From assembly GCF_001194135.2 (NCBI RefSeq), contig NC_069002.1:26315887-26353442 (forward strand): a DNA stretch of 37,556 nucleotides, read 5' to 3'. Position numbers and translations under genes: made by a program. Below are positions 1 through 13,051 of the stretch, in pieces. This DNA comes from Octopus bimaculoides. Taxonomy: Eukaryota. How positions within the stretch are numbered: the first letter of the stretch is position 1; the number at the start of each line of letters is the position of its first letter. The notes beneath the pieces are model-generated. The model was not told where the DNA came from and did not search any database. It saw nothing but the letters and a program-made list of their open reading frames with translations.

Positions 1-44
<44 letters not shown>

Positions 45-47
45 CAT

Positions 48-208
48 GACAGACTTCTATCAGTTTCTGCCTACCAAATTCAGTCAAACCGTTTTAGTCA
101 GACCAAGGTTAGGATAGAAAACACTTGTCCAAAGTGTCACACAGTAGGACTGAACCTGGAGCCATGTGGTTGGGAAGTCAGCTTCTTGCCATACAGCCAT
201 GCCTGCAC
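48..208 (-). mobile_element. SINE family 1, head half
   Basis: The reverse complement matches the head of 16284-16440. Confidence 0.8.
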
Positions 209-390
209 TCATGTAGTGTTTTTTTTTTAGCTTTTCGTCTCTTGTTCAAATGTTAACTTTCAAAGAATCTTTTTATTGTAATTATTATGATAAACTGCTT
301 ATTTACTACAATTTTGAAGAGATCAACATTATTAACAATACTAATAGCAATAATAAACTTTGAAATGTGAAGCCGTAAATAAGTTACATA

Positions 391-735
391 ACTGGCACCC
401 ATGCTGGTGGCACGTAAAAAGCACCCTTCGAATGTGGGACCTCACGGCAGCAATGATAAGTGACAAAGACTTTTGGCAATCTGCCATACTTGAGAAGACT
501 CATCAAGCCAAGTGAAATGATAGCCATGGCTGATACCAGTGTCACTCAACTGGCACCTGTGCTGGTGGCACGTAAAAAGAAACCTTTGAACATTGAGCCT
601 CACAGAGACAATGATAAGTGACCAAGACCTTCGGTGATCTGCCGTGCTTGAGCCGACTCAAGTCAAGTGAAAGTGTAGTTGTGGCTGATGTTGGTGTCAC
701 ATAACTGGCACCTGTGCTCGTGGCACGTAAAAATC
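391..735 (+). repeat. ~156-bp tandem repeat, ~2.2 units
   Basis: ACTGGCACC...GGTGGCACGTAAAAA recurs at 391, 549 and 704, with aligned interiors. Confidence 0.85.
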
Positions 736-900
736 ACCCATTACACCCTTGGAGTGGTTAGTATTTGGAAGGGTGTCTAGCTGTAGAAACTATGTTAAAT
801 CAGATTGAAACCTGGTTTTGCTCTCCAGTTTAACAGTTTCAGTCAGGCCATCCAACCCATGACAGCATAGAAAGCAGACGCTGAATAATGATGACGATGA
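720..900 (+). mobile_element. (GAT)n-tailed retroposon 3' module; other copies at 11075-11200(-), 16122-16267(-), 24905-25095(+), 26860-27060(+), 30030-30195(+)
   Basis: Shared GGAAGGGCATCCAGCTGTAGAAAC...CCAACCCATGCCAGCATGGAAAA...GACGTT(A/G)AATGATGATG. Confidence 0.7.
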
Positions 901-1872
901 GGGTGGTGATGATGAATATTTATCATCTATGTTTGTACTTGACTATGGTGCAGTGGCAAGTAGTTGTCTGCATTGAACTAGTAACTGGAATTAATTGACT
1001 GTGAGCTGATGTTATGAGTATATATGTTTAAAATAGTGGGTGTTGAATCTTAGCAGAGTAAGGAGGCATAGAAAAAGTGTGAGCAAAAGCAAAAGAGGCA
1101 AATCTTTAAATATATTTGAGAAGCATTGCTTTATCCAAATACTAAGACAGAATCTGTGCAACAAGGCTGATCCTTTGAATTACAGGCGTATTTTACGTGA
1201 CAAGTTTCCTCACAGTTTCCATCTCCTAATTTTACTTACAAGCCTTAGGTGAATCCAAGACTATAGCAGAGTCCACTGATTGAAAGGGGGAGATCAAAAT
1301 CAGAACATCATGATTGTTAAGGGCAGAGTACATTATTTAAAAGTACTGCATAGGAAGGAGATTGAAACCAGGATCTCATGGTTGCTAAGAACTCTCATTA
1401 ATCTTGCCTAAAGTATTATATTGTAGTGGGATTAAATTCAAGCATTATTATTTATTGTTTAATTATTCACTAGTTGCTAAATTATGTTCTAGCAATTGCA
1501 AGTGTTTATTTTATGTAGAATTTAATGTCTATCTGAACTTATTTGGGGTCATTTCATTCTGTGATCATTGGTCATTCGGTTCCTTCAAATCAATTTCATT
1601 TTTTATGGTTTTGAAATTTGAGAAAATATTTAATAAAAACTGTTAAAATTGTTTGAAAAATGCATAGAGTGAAGACACAAAGAGAGGAAGACAAAATAAC
1701 AGTTTATATATTACTTTTTGTTTTGATGTTTCTGTGTTAAAAACCCTTCTTGAAAAGAAACCAGAAGCTAGTAATGACTGGCATCTTTTGATATGATATG
1801 CAGGAAGCATTGTCTGTGATATGTTCAGGCTTTTATAGTCACAGTAGCTAATAGACAATTTACTTTGTCTAG

Positions 1873-1932
1873 TTTACATCTACTGTTGATAGATGGGTTT
1901 GGTTTTGATAATGATGACAGCCTTCTTAATCT
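1873..1932 (+). other. Candidate 60-bp internal exon (LHLLLIDGFGFDNDDSLLN)
   Basis: TACTTTGTCTAG acceptor and GTAAGT donor; only one of three frames is open. No homology recognised. Confidence 0.2.
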
Positions 1933-2799
1933 GTAAGTTGCCTATGTTCCATTCTTTTGCCTTGATGGCAATGTTGATGTTTTGGCTGTGGCTTTTCTCC
2001 CAGTGTTCCTTAACTAACAAAAACATATCGCAATAAGTTCCAGTAACTCATTCTTCTACAAAACTTACCTATGTTTCACTAGACAGAGACATCAATATTG
2101 TAATATTACAAGAGACGTAAGCTGTTTGTGTGATACATTATGCTGGTATTTGACATTTTCTTTCGTCAAAAAATTATTCACAAACTGTTGTATAAAATTT
2201 AATACATGTCTTTAAAATAGCTAGAAAACATTTCTGTATTTATCTATTTATTTCTATATTTCTATATTTATTCATTTAAATATTTAATTTATTCCAGAAC
2301 ATTCCTCTGCTTAAAAAGAAAACATTAAAAGTCATTTTGATTAACATGTAACCACTTTCATGTGGCAACAAATTCATTCATAAGCACAAACACAAACTAT
2401 TTCTTAACATTCAACTCTGCGGCTTTGCTGAGATCATTTGCTTTTCTTTCCTTTTTTTTTTTTTTCTTGTTAGACAGGATATATACCGTTCATTAAACTC
2501 TTTTCAATTCCGAATTGCAATTAACTTCTGTCAGCTGTTTTGCTAATAATTTTAGTTGGTTATGAAAACACGGTGCTGTTAGTTAAAGAGAGCTGCTGCA
2601 CACTGTTTGTTTATTGTTTGTAATCATGAAGAATATAAGTAATTCTTGAGCGTCATTAAAATAATTTACATAATGTTGATAACGAAGTTACTTAAAAAGA
2701 AAAAATGGTGATAACATACACACTTAAACACACACACACTCGCGCATGCACACACACGCGCGCGCATGCACACACATACATTGTTATTGCCATTATTTT

Positions 2800-3060
2800 T
2801 GTCATCACCATCATCACCGCTGTCATCATCATCATTGACATTATCACTACCATCATCATCAGCAGCAGCAGCACATCATCTTCATCATCACTGTCATCAT
2901 CATCAAGATTGTTATTATCATCATTGTTGTCATTGCTGTCACATCACCATTATTGTCATCATCATCATCATCATCATCATTGCTGTCATCATCATCATCA
3001 TCATCAGCATCATCACCATCACCACTCCTGCTCCCACCACCAGCACCACCACTGCCATTG
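2800..3060. repeat. (CAT)n-type trinucleotide repeat
   Basis: Imperfect CAT/CAC/CAG runs; explains the poly-H/S/I ORFs. Confidence 0.95.
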
Positions 3061-3422
3061 TCACACTGGCGTGGGTTTGACAGATCTGCTCGAGTGTCTA
3101 TGGCCGCTAAGACCCATGTCTGCCTCGTTCTCCTGTCGTCTGTAAGATTGAATATCTTGAGAGATGGTTTCGCCACCCTCCTCCCTTCCTTCCTACTCAC
3201 AGTCTTTCTCATTCACAAATAACCTCCACCCTCCGTCTACAACACTTGATCACCAAGCACTCCTCATATCATTTATTTATTTACATGCACGGTCGATGCT
3301 AGTGCCGCCGGACTGGCTCCCATGCCAGTGGAATGTAAAAAGCCCCATTTGAGTGTGGTTGATGCCAGTGTCCCCTGAATGTCCCCTGTATCGCTAATGA
3401 TTCTGCCAGCTCACTGTCTTAA

Positions 3423-3645
3423 CCTTTTTGATAGCAACCCGGCTGAAAACTGGTTTTGGCTCTGTAGTACAAATGCCTTGTTTCCATAAGTTTTGAATTA
3501 AATTGTGACTAAGGCTTGGTGGAAGATTTTATGTTCCTAACACTAACTGAATCATAACTAAGTTATTTTACTAAATTCTTTGTTATATTTAAAATTAATT
3601 GAAAGAAACACAGAGCATCTCAACAGAAATATGGTAACAAAAGGG
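3423..3645 (-). mobile_element. piggyBac-type MITE family A (~222 bp)
   Basis: TTAA at 3419-3422 and 3646-3649, ends CCTTTT...AAAAGGG. It is the reverse complement of the copies at 34188-34408 and 34440-34661. Confidence 0.8.
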
Positions 3646-4854
3646 TTAATAATAATGATAATCCTTTCTTCTGAAAGCACAAGGCCTCAAATTTGGAGGA
3701 AGGGGTTGAGTCGATTACATCAACCCTAGTGTGTAACTGGTACTTATTTAATTGGCCCCAAAAGGATGAAAGGCAAAGTCGACCTCGACGGAATTTGAAC
3801 TCAGGACATAAAGACAGACGAAATACTGCTAAGCATTTTGCCCGGCATGGTAATGATTCTGCCAGCTCATTGCCTTCATTAATAATAATAGCATGTAGNN
3901 NNNNNNNNNNNNNNNNNNNNNNNNNNNNNNNNNNNNNNNNNNNNNNNNNNNNNNNNNNNNNNNNNNNNNNNNNNNNNNNNNNNNNNNNNNNNNNNNNNNN
4001 NNNNNNNNNNNNNNNNNNNNNNNNNNNNNNNNNNNNNNNNNNNNNNNNNNNNNNNNNNNNNNNNNNNNNNNNNNNNNNNNNNNNNNNNNNNNNNNNNNNN
4101 NNNNNNNNNNNNNNNNNNNNNNNNNNNNNNNNNNNNNNNNNNNNNNNNNNNNNNNNNNNNNNNNNNNNNNNNNNNNNNNNNNNNNNNNNNNNNNNNNNNN
4201 NNNNNNNNNNNNNNNNNNNNNNNNNNNNNNNNNNNNNNNNNNNNNNNNNNNNNNNNNNNNNNNNNNNNNNNNNNNNNNNNNNNNNNNNNNNNNNNNNNNN
4301 NNNNNNNNNNNNNNNNNNNNNNNNNNNNNNNNNNNNNNNNNNNNNNNNNNNNNNNNNNNNNNNNNNNNNNNNNNNNNNNNNNNNNNNNNNNNNNNNNNNN
4401 NNNNNNNNNNNNNNNNNNNNNNNNNNNNNNNNNNNNNNNNNNNNNNNNNNNGGTTGGTTGTTGGGGGTCCATGGAGATGGGGAGGGAGGGAGTTTAATCT
4501 TTGTCTGGAGTTGTTAGAATATTTGCTAAAACATCAGATTCATGCCCCTTCCCCCACACTCGTATACATACAATAAATGTCCATATTCAACTTTTAATTA
4601 ATTAATTTCATTTAAATTTCCAAAATATCTTCTCTTGTCTGTCCTTATTTGAATTAATCATTAAATTAATGAGTTCTTTTTCCCTGCTGCTACAAATGTA
4701 ATCTTAATTAAAGAAAAGAAAAAAATTCTCAGTTCACTCTATTAGGTGAGCACTGACTTGACTATTTATTTTTCATGCAAATGGCACCCCTGGGTATTTT
4801 ACACTCTCTTGATCTTCAAGGTTCATATTCTATTATTCATTTATTCATTTATCT

Positions 4855-5060
4855 TTCACTTGTTTCTGCTATTCGACTACGGCCATACTGGAGCATCACT
4901 GTAAACAATCTAGCTAATCAAACTGATCTTTGTACTTATTTTTTAAGCCTGGTACATACTTCATCAGTCTAATTTTGTTGAACTGCTAAGTTACGAAGTC
5001 TTAAGTTGTGCAATACCAGTTGTCAAACAATGGTGGTACGGACACAAATGAAAAAGCTAC
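4855..5060 (-). mobile_element. SINE family 1, diverged 3' half
   Basis: GGCCATACTGGAGCA...GAACTGCTAAGTTAC...CAGTTGTCAA matches the reverse complement of the family 3' part. Confidence 0.6.
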
Positions 5061-5066
5061 CCCCCA

Positions 5067-5110
<44 letters not shown>

Positions 5111-5501
5111 CTACACAATTGTTTGTATTTTAAGTATGGATTACATAAAAACAAAGTTGAAGGTTCTCTCAAAACACTCTTCATTTCTACAGTCTGATGG
5201 TTTCTAAGTCAAAACTTCAAAATTACTGTCAACCTTTTCTTTGTAAAAATAAAAAAGATTATCTGTCTGTCTGTCAGTCTGTTCTGTTTGTCTGTCTTGT
5301 CTGTCTGTCTGTCAGTCTATTCTGTCTGTCTGTCCTATCTATCTATCTGTCTGTCTGTCTATATATCGTTATATATGTGTGTAAAATATACTCCATCAAG
5401 GCATACTGCCAAGTATCAATGTGACCACACACACACATACACACAAACCAACACCAGTTGTCGTTGTGGTGGTGGTGGACAAACTCAAAGAAACACATGT
5501 A

Positions 5502-6799
5502 CAGGGTGCAGTGGAGAAACTGTCGTCTAAATTATGCAAAAATGAAAATAACACTGATGTCTCATTTTAACAGATATATTTACCAAAATTACCTAAAAAT
5601 ATTTTGAAATACTAAAGAGTAAAATTATTCAAGAAAATCGCCATTGGCTTCAACTACGACTTCCAGACGACTTCGGAATCTCCTGTGACCCTTCTGGATC
5701 GTCTCCTTGTTTAAGTTGGTGAATGTTTCCATAACCCTTGCCTTCAGTTCATCTTTGGTGTTACGAGGAGATTTGTTGGTCTCTCGCTCAAGTGTGCCCC
5801 CACACATAATAATCAAAGGAGTTGCAGTTTGGGGAGTTAGGTGGCCAGATATTAGGGGTGATGCGATTGAAGAAATTATCTGACATCCACGACTGGGGTC
5901 TGCTTGTGCTGCATGGTGCAGAGTCCTGTTGCCAGACAGGGTCTTCCAGCGGCCAATCTCTTGACCCAAGGCAGCACTACCTCCTTTAGACACTTGATGT
6001 AGGCCTCCGTGTTGAATCTGAGGCTATGTGGGAAGATAAATGGAGCCATAATGTTGCCATCACTAGTGATCACTCCAAATACCATGATGTTGACTGGATG
6101 TTTGATTTTTATCACTCTCGGTACATGTTTTGGGGACACGGCAAACCAACAGTTGTTCTGTATGTTCACCATCTGAGCCTGGCAGAAATTTTTCTTGTCT
6201 GAGAAAAAAACCAAAGCATGTTCTGTTGGAGGAAATGCCTGAGTTTGTTCAAAAGCTTCGTAGTGCTGTCTTTCCTCTTGTCCTTGATGGTTTGGGGTAA
6301 AAATTGACCCTTTCTCATCCTGTATGAAGAATACCAAATGTCTTCATGCACAACCTGCTTGATAAGAAACTCAGACACTGCCATGTCCCTGGCAATGGAC
6401 CTGATTGACTTGGAGGGATCGTTGTCAATCGTGGCCTGGATCTCACCAACAAATTCAGGAGTTCTTTTCTTATCAGAACAATCAGAGTGAGTTTTCCGAG
6501 TTGCTGTACCTTCGTAATCACCATTAGACTCACCCAACTCATTCTGAATCCTCTGCACTGTTCTTAGATTGACACATAAACACTCTGAGATGTTTGTATT
6601 GGAGCTTCCGGTACGAATGCCAAGCAGTGCAGCATGTGGTTTCCAAATTTCTGGCAGAGTGAATTGTGTCATGGTGCTGTTTTTCTTACAGATGATGCCC
6701 AACTGACCCTACTATACTGTGTAGTTGATGAAATCAAAAACAATACGCATGCGCAAAATTGAAAATATAAAATGGTGACAAGTTACTCATCACATCCTA
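5502..6799 (-). mobile_element. Tc1/mariner DNA transposon, near full length (~1.3 kb), maT/DD37D-like, decayed
   Basis: Flanked by TA (5500-5501, 6800-6801). Degenerate TIRs: CAGGGTGCAGTGGAGAAACTGTCGTC versus revcomp TAGGATGTGATGAGTAACTTGTCACC. The interior encodes a frameshifted transposase. Confidence 0.9.
5625..6672 (-). pseudogene. Mariner transposase pseudogene split over three frames
   Basis: HTH-like N-terminus (NLRTVQRI...KSIRSIARDMAVS). Catalytic motifs FFSDKKNF, IMVFGVITSDG, VWQQDSAPC, WPPNSPNCNSFDYYVW and C-terminal ...VVEANGDFLE*. By my translation 36 residues separate the 2nd and 3rd Asp, consistent with DD37D minus one codon. Confidence 0.9.
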
Positions 6800-8034
6800 T
6801 ACATAGAGACACACACATACACACACAAACCAACATTGGTGTGTGTCAAATGGTGTGTGTGTGACAGACACAATGAAACACATACATAGATACACACAAA
6901 CTCACACACACACACACACACACACACGTGATGTTTAGTCTCTTGTAGTCCAAGAAAGACAGTTCGGCAATTTCTTGGAGAACAACCTGCACAAATAATT
7001 TTCTTCATAGAGATCAAATGTGTGTGCCGTCCATTTGCACGCTCTCCCTCCACCAAATCAATGTTACCTGACCAGGGGAATGATGTACCACACATGGGGT
7101 GTCAAAGTGTATTCAGAGCAATGTGAAATGAAGTGTTTTGCTTAAGAACAGGTCACACCACCCGGTCCAGGAATTGTAACCATGATCTCCTGATCATGAG
7201 TGCAACAGTGTAACACCCTAACCACTAGGCCATGTGCCTCCCCACCACACACACACATGTACAAGTGGGTATATATATATATACATACATACGACGGGCT
7301 TCTTTCAGTTTCCGTNNNNNNNNNNNNNNNNNNNNNNNNNNNNNNNNNNNNNNNNNNNNNNNNNNNNNNNNNNNNNNNNNNNNNNNNNNNNNNNNNNNNN
7401 NNNNNNNNNNNNNNNNNNNNNNNNNNNNNNNNNNNNNNNNNNNNNNNNNNNNNNNNNNNNNNNNNNNNNNNNNNNNNNNNNNNNNNNNNNNNNNNNNNNN
7501 NNNNNNNNNNNNNNNNNNNNNNNNNNNNNNNNNNNNNNNNNNNNNNNNNNNNNNNNNNNNNNNNNNNNNNNNNNNNNNNNNNNNNNNNNNNNNNNNNNNN
7601 NNNNNNNNNNNNNNNNNNNNNNNNNNNNNNNNNNNNNNNNNNNNNNNNNNNNNNNNNNNNNNNNNNNNNNNNNNNNNNNNNNNNNNNNNNNNNNNNNNNN
7701 NNNNNNNNNNNNNNNNNNNNNNNNNNNNNNNNNNNNNNNNNNNNNNNNNNNNNNNNNNNNNNNNNNNNNNNNNNNNNNNNNNNNNNNNNNNNNNNNNNNN
7801 NNNNNNNNNNNNNNNNNNNNNNNNNNNNNNNNNNNNNNNNNNNNNNNNNNNNNNNNNNNNNNNNNNNNNNNNNNNNNNNNNNNNNNNNNNNNNNNNNNNN
7901 NNNNNNNNNNNNNNNNNNNNNNNNNNNNNNNNNNNNNNNNNNNNNNNNNNNNNNNNNNNNNNNNNNNNNNNNNNNNNNNNNNNNNNNNNNNNNNNNNNNN
8001 NNNNNNNNNNNNNNNNNNNNNNNNNNNNNNNNNN

Positions 8035-8455
8035 ACGGGGACATAAACACACCAGCATCGGTTGTCAAGCGATGTTGGGGGGACAAAGACAGACACACAA
8101 ACACATACATATATATATATACATACATACGACGGGCTTCTTTCAGTTTCCGTCTACCAAATCCACTCACAAGGCTTCGGTCAGCCCGAGGCTATAGTAG
8201 AAGACACTTGCCCAAGATGCCACGCAGTGGGACTAAACCCGGGACCATGTGGTTGGTAAGCAAGCTACTTACCACACAGCCACTCCTACGCCTATATATG
8301 TATATAAAAAAAAAACGACAGGCTTCTTTCAGTTTCCGTTTAGCAAATCCACTCACAAAGCTTTGGTGAGCCGAGGGCTATTTAAGATGAAGTGTTGCAC
8401 AATGGGGCTGAAGCCAAAACCACATGTTTGAGAAGGAAACTTCTCAACCTACTGA
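8035..8455 (-). mobile_element. SINE family 1, two tandem partial copies (8035-8285 and 8316-8455)
   Basis: Repeated GGCTTCTTTCAGTTTCCG...AAATCCACTCACAAGGC motif. Confidence 0.8.
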
Positions 8456-9091
8456 CTTTCTGTCTGGATTATCACTTAATCCAACACAGACTCTCAAATC
8501 TCTGATTCTCTGGATTCTGGCAATCTTTTCCTTATTATGTTTTAATAACTAAATAACGACGTCTCTCAATGTTATTGTATTCAAATCTGATCTGTCTTGT
8601 GTTTATCAACACTAAATTAGCTTCATGTCTATTGATGTCTAGTTATTGCAAGACTTACTCAATTAACAGTTGATTAGTTGTCTGGATTTTTAAAAAATTA
8701 ACATTGATATTGTATTAGCATCGTTAACCAGGTGTTACTACCCACCACCACCCTCTCACAACCTTCAAATTTTTCGTTTTCATTTTATCAAAAGGTCTTT
8801 GTGCTGAAGTCATTAAAATTCTCTTCTGCACATAGCTAACAAATGAATTTATTTCATTTTGGTGGAGTATTATAGACTTAGTTAATTAATCAATTATAAT
8901 TGCTCCAATAATGGGCCACAACAGTAAAAAAACCAGAGGGGGAATCTTGTATGTGGTCATTCTCATTTGGTCTGTTAGAAATAGCAGTCAAGTCTCTTTT
9001 AAATTACACCTTACTGCTTTCAGAAATGGAAAGACATATTGGATTATGGAACCCATGGCCTGCGAGGAAAATGAAGCATTGACAGTAGATG

Positions 9092-9405
9092 CAGGCATGG
9101 CCATGTGGTAAGAAATCTGCTTTCAAATCACATGGTTCTGGATTCAGTCCCACTGCGAGGCATCTTGAGCAAATATTTCTATCGTAGACCCAGACTGAGC
9201 AAAGCCTTGTGAGTGGATTTGGTAGACAGAAACTGAAAGAAATCAATAATATACATACATATGTGCATATGTATGTACATGCGTACGTACATATGTACAT
9301 AAGTCAAAAAGAAATGATGGAATGAGTAGAAGGCTTAAAAAAAGTTTTTGAGAAAAGCCTTCAAGATGGTGCTCCAGCATGGCCACAGTCCAATGACTGA
9401 AACAT
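9092..9405 (+). mobile_element. SINE family 1
   Basis: GGCATGGCCATGTGGTAAG...GGATTCAGTCCCACTGCG...GTGCTCCAGCATGGCCACAGTC. Confidence 0.8.
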
Positions 9406-10249
9406 CAGAAATATTTTTCTTTAATCGCAGGTCTACTTGATCAGGACTGACCTGTGGCTAAATAACAACAACAACAACAGCATCAGCAATAATTGTTAGT
9501 GATATTTTGTTTGAGAAATATTTCTTGAATTGGAATAAATTCTCTTTTGCCACTTTTTTCTTTTCTTTTTTTCTTTTTGAAGGAATATATTTTTATTTAT
9601 TAATTAACATAATGGCTTCATAAAAAAAATTATTTCATTGAATATTTCAGATTTAATTGATACTAAAAATAAAAAAAAATAATTAAAAATTCTTCAAATC
9701 TCTGTAACTATTGTCCTTTTTTTTTTTTAAAGAACCACCACATTCCTGCAAGTTTAACTTAGCATTTTTTTCTAATTATTTTTGGTTTTATAGAAAATGT
9801 GATTGTTTAAAATGAATTTTAGATAATTCATTATAAATTAATTTTTTTCAATCAGGCAATCTAATTTATATTCCGTCTTTCTATTGTGTTTTCATGTGAA
9901 GTTTTGTAAAGATTAATAGTGCTACCTAATTCATCCAGCTAATCAANNNNNNNNNNNNNNNNNNNNNNNNNNNNNNNNNNNNNNNNNNNNNNNNNNNNNN
10001 NNNNNNNNNNNNNNNNNNNNNNNNNNNNNNNNNNNNNNNNNNNNNNNNNNNNNNNNNNNNNNNNNNNNNNNNNNNNNNNNNNNNNNNNNNNNNNNNNNNN
10101 NNNNNNNNNNNNNNNNNNNNNNNNNNNNNNNNNNNNNNNNNNNNNNNNNNNNNNNNNNNNNNNNNNNNNNNNNNNNNNNNATATATATATATATATATAT
10201 ATGTACACACACACACACACACACACACATACATATATATTCTCTTTGA

Positions 10250-10632
10250 CTCTCTTTTATTTGTTTCGGTTATTTGACTGCGGCCATGCTGGAGCACCGC
10301 CTTTTTAGTCAAACAAACCGCCCCCAGGACTTCTTCCTTGTAAGCCTAGTACTTATTCTATCAGTCTCTTTGCCGAACCACTAAGTTATGGGGACATAAA
10401 CACACTAACATCGGTTGTCAAGCGATGGTGGGGGGACAAACATACACATGCACACATACATACATATACACGATGGGCTTCTTTCAATTTCTGTCTCCAA
10501 ATCCACTGATAAGGCTTTTGGTTGGCCCGAGGCTGTAGTAGAAGACTCTTGCCCAAGGTGCCACGCCGTGGGCCTGAACCAGGAACCATGTGGTTGAGAA
10601 GCAAGCTTCTTACTACACAGCCACTCCTGCAC
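10250..10632 (-). mobile_element. SINE family 1, full length
   Basis: Both halves and the internal microsatellite are present in reverse orientation. Confidence 0.85.
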
Positions 10633-11269
10633 CTATGATAGATTCTTTTATTCTTTTATTCTTTTACTTGTTTCAGTCATTCTTCAAGGTGGTGCCCCAG
10701 CATGACCACAGTCTAATAACTGAAACAAGTAAATGATAAAAGATATATATATACATACATTCATACACAAATGCATGCAGACAGACAGACAGACTAGTAC
10801 AAAACTGGTTTTCTGGAACTTTTTCTGGTTAACCGATTTTTTTATGAACCAGGGGCCATCACCTTGTTAACAGACTCTTGATTGAACAAATATGAAATTT
10901 ACTTAACACATTAAATTAAATACAGGTCTCAGGTATGTTAGTGTAAACATACTGGTACGTAGTGTAGCTGGTGTGAATCATGAGTGGCTCCAGACAGTCA
11001 GTGCCTGGTCAGTTGGTGCTGGACCTGTGTGCGTGTGTGTGTGTGTGTGTGTGTATACATGAGTGTGCATCACCACCACCATCATCGTCATCATCATTTA
11101 ACATCTCTTCCATGGCCTGCATTGGTCAGATGAAATCTGTTGAGGCAGATTTTCTAGAGCTGGATGCTCTTCCTTTCACCAACCCTCATTTGTTTCCAAG
11201 CAAAGTGATATTTCCCCCATCATCAAACATGTCTCTATGGGAGACTGGAAGCAATCTCACTTGCATGAC

Positions 11270-11425
11270 AATAGGCTTCTTTCCGTTTCCATCTTCCAAA
11301 TCCACTTCCAAGGCTTTGATCAGCTTGGGGCTATAGTAGAGAACACTAACCCGGGGTGCCACTCATTGGAATCGAACCCAAGACCACATGGTCTAGAAGT
11401 AAGCTTCTTAACCACACAGCCACAT
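11270..11425 (-). mobile_element. SINE family 1, head half
   Basis: GGCTTCTTTCCGTTTCC...ACCACACAGCCAC. Confidence 0.7.
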
Positions 11426-12993
11426 CCATGCCTCTCAATGTTCACATATTTCATGCTTGAGCGAAGCACTTTTGATATTGTCAGCCCTTGTTCATACATC
11501 TGATGACCGATTGGTCTGTGCTTTGAGGGACTTGTGGAATAAAGATTACTCTTACTTTAAAACAAGATAAAGGTTGGCAGCAGGAAGAGCATCAAGCAGT
11601 AGAATACTGCTTCAGACAACTTGCCATCCAAGCCCATGGTAGCATGGAAAACACCCATGCCTCCTGTCCCCATTCCAAAAAGAATTCTACCCAGTATTGA
11701 ATGAATATAAAGGACACAGGGATAGGAGATCTTTAGAAAGACCCTTTTATGTGATGTTGTGGACTTCATCTGTTTCCTGGCTTAACACCTCCTCCTGGTC
11801 TGCAGATATCTTTAACAAAGACCTCTCTGTTGCTAGCCAGGATTCTCTTCTGAGGATGACTTCTTTCATCAGTTTTGGAGACTAGAAAATGTCTTTGGTG
11901 CTACCGTTTCTTGTTTGGTTCAGCCAGAAAAGCAACAACAGAATAAGTTTGTCTTTCTTCCATTTAGTTCTATGAAATAAATTACCGTACCATTCTATAT
12001 TCTATACATTGAAAATACATTAGTACTGTTGGCAGATCAGTTTGGTCGGCCGAAATAAAACAAAATGCGATAACGACATGCGATATATCATCTCAGATAA
12101 GTAAATAACCTTTCAGTGTTTTTTAAAAAACCTTCTAACCGAGCACATGATTGCCATATTGAATCTATGCTTTGCGTGTGAAGAATGGATATCCGAAAAA
12201 GCAATCACGTTAACCAACTGTGTATCCATACAGAGGAAGAGTGTAGCCAATCGGAATGCAATTATTAGCTTTAATTTTTATTCTGATGATAACATAACGG
12301 CGAATCTTTTGATAGTTTATCTGATAAATGGTGAAGCCAAAGTAAGATGAGAGACTGTACACATTCTTTACATACATTGGCAGTGATTTATTTATCAGAA
12401 AAAGCCATATCAAGTAGTATCTGTATTTTATTAGATCAAAATAATTATTCATAGCGGTTTTGATGTATTATCCTAGTACATTCACCTTTCTATCGGAGCT
12501 GGATCTCACTTTCGAGATATTGAATATCCAGTTTGAATCTGTCCAGTTCTTCGGATACATGCATACCCTCGCAGTAGATTGTAATTCATCGTATTGGCTC
12601 AGTTTTTAGTTGAGTTAGATTTATGGCTGGTCAGAGGTTGACAAGAACAATGACAACAGCATAGATCTTTTGCTATGTAGCTTTATAAACATTGAATAAT
12701 TCTCTACGATAAAAGTTTGATGCTGATGATAAGATGAGAATGACGGTGATGGTGATAATCTTAGGTAATTGAGTACAGCTGGGGTAAAAGAGGTGGATTT
12801 GATAAAGTGTGAAATCCATAATAATGATTATAACAAGAACAATAATAAGAACAAGAACATGAACAATAAAGATAATAATAATAATGATGATGAGGATGAT
12901 GATGATGATACCCTGTTGAGCTTCTAGAGATAGTTTGTTGCTTAGGGAAAGCAAGGATTATCAGGAGGGTTCTAAGTACTTGAAAGACTAATA

Positions 12994-13032
<39 letters not shown>

Positions 13033-13051
13033 TTATAATAATAATAATAAT

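Noticed and set aside
2692-3222. Poly-His/Ser/Ile/Asp ORFs (also 25318-25852)
   Set aside because: These are translations of (CAT)n repeats that are open in most frames, with no splice or domain context.
7270-8155. Identical ACATACATACGACGGGCTTCTTTCAGTTTCCGT on both sides of a gap as a biological duplication
   Set aside because: It is explained by two SINE copies or by a scaffolding overlap artefact.
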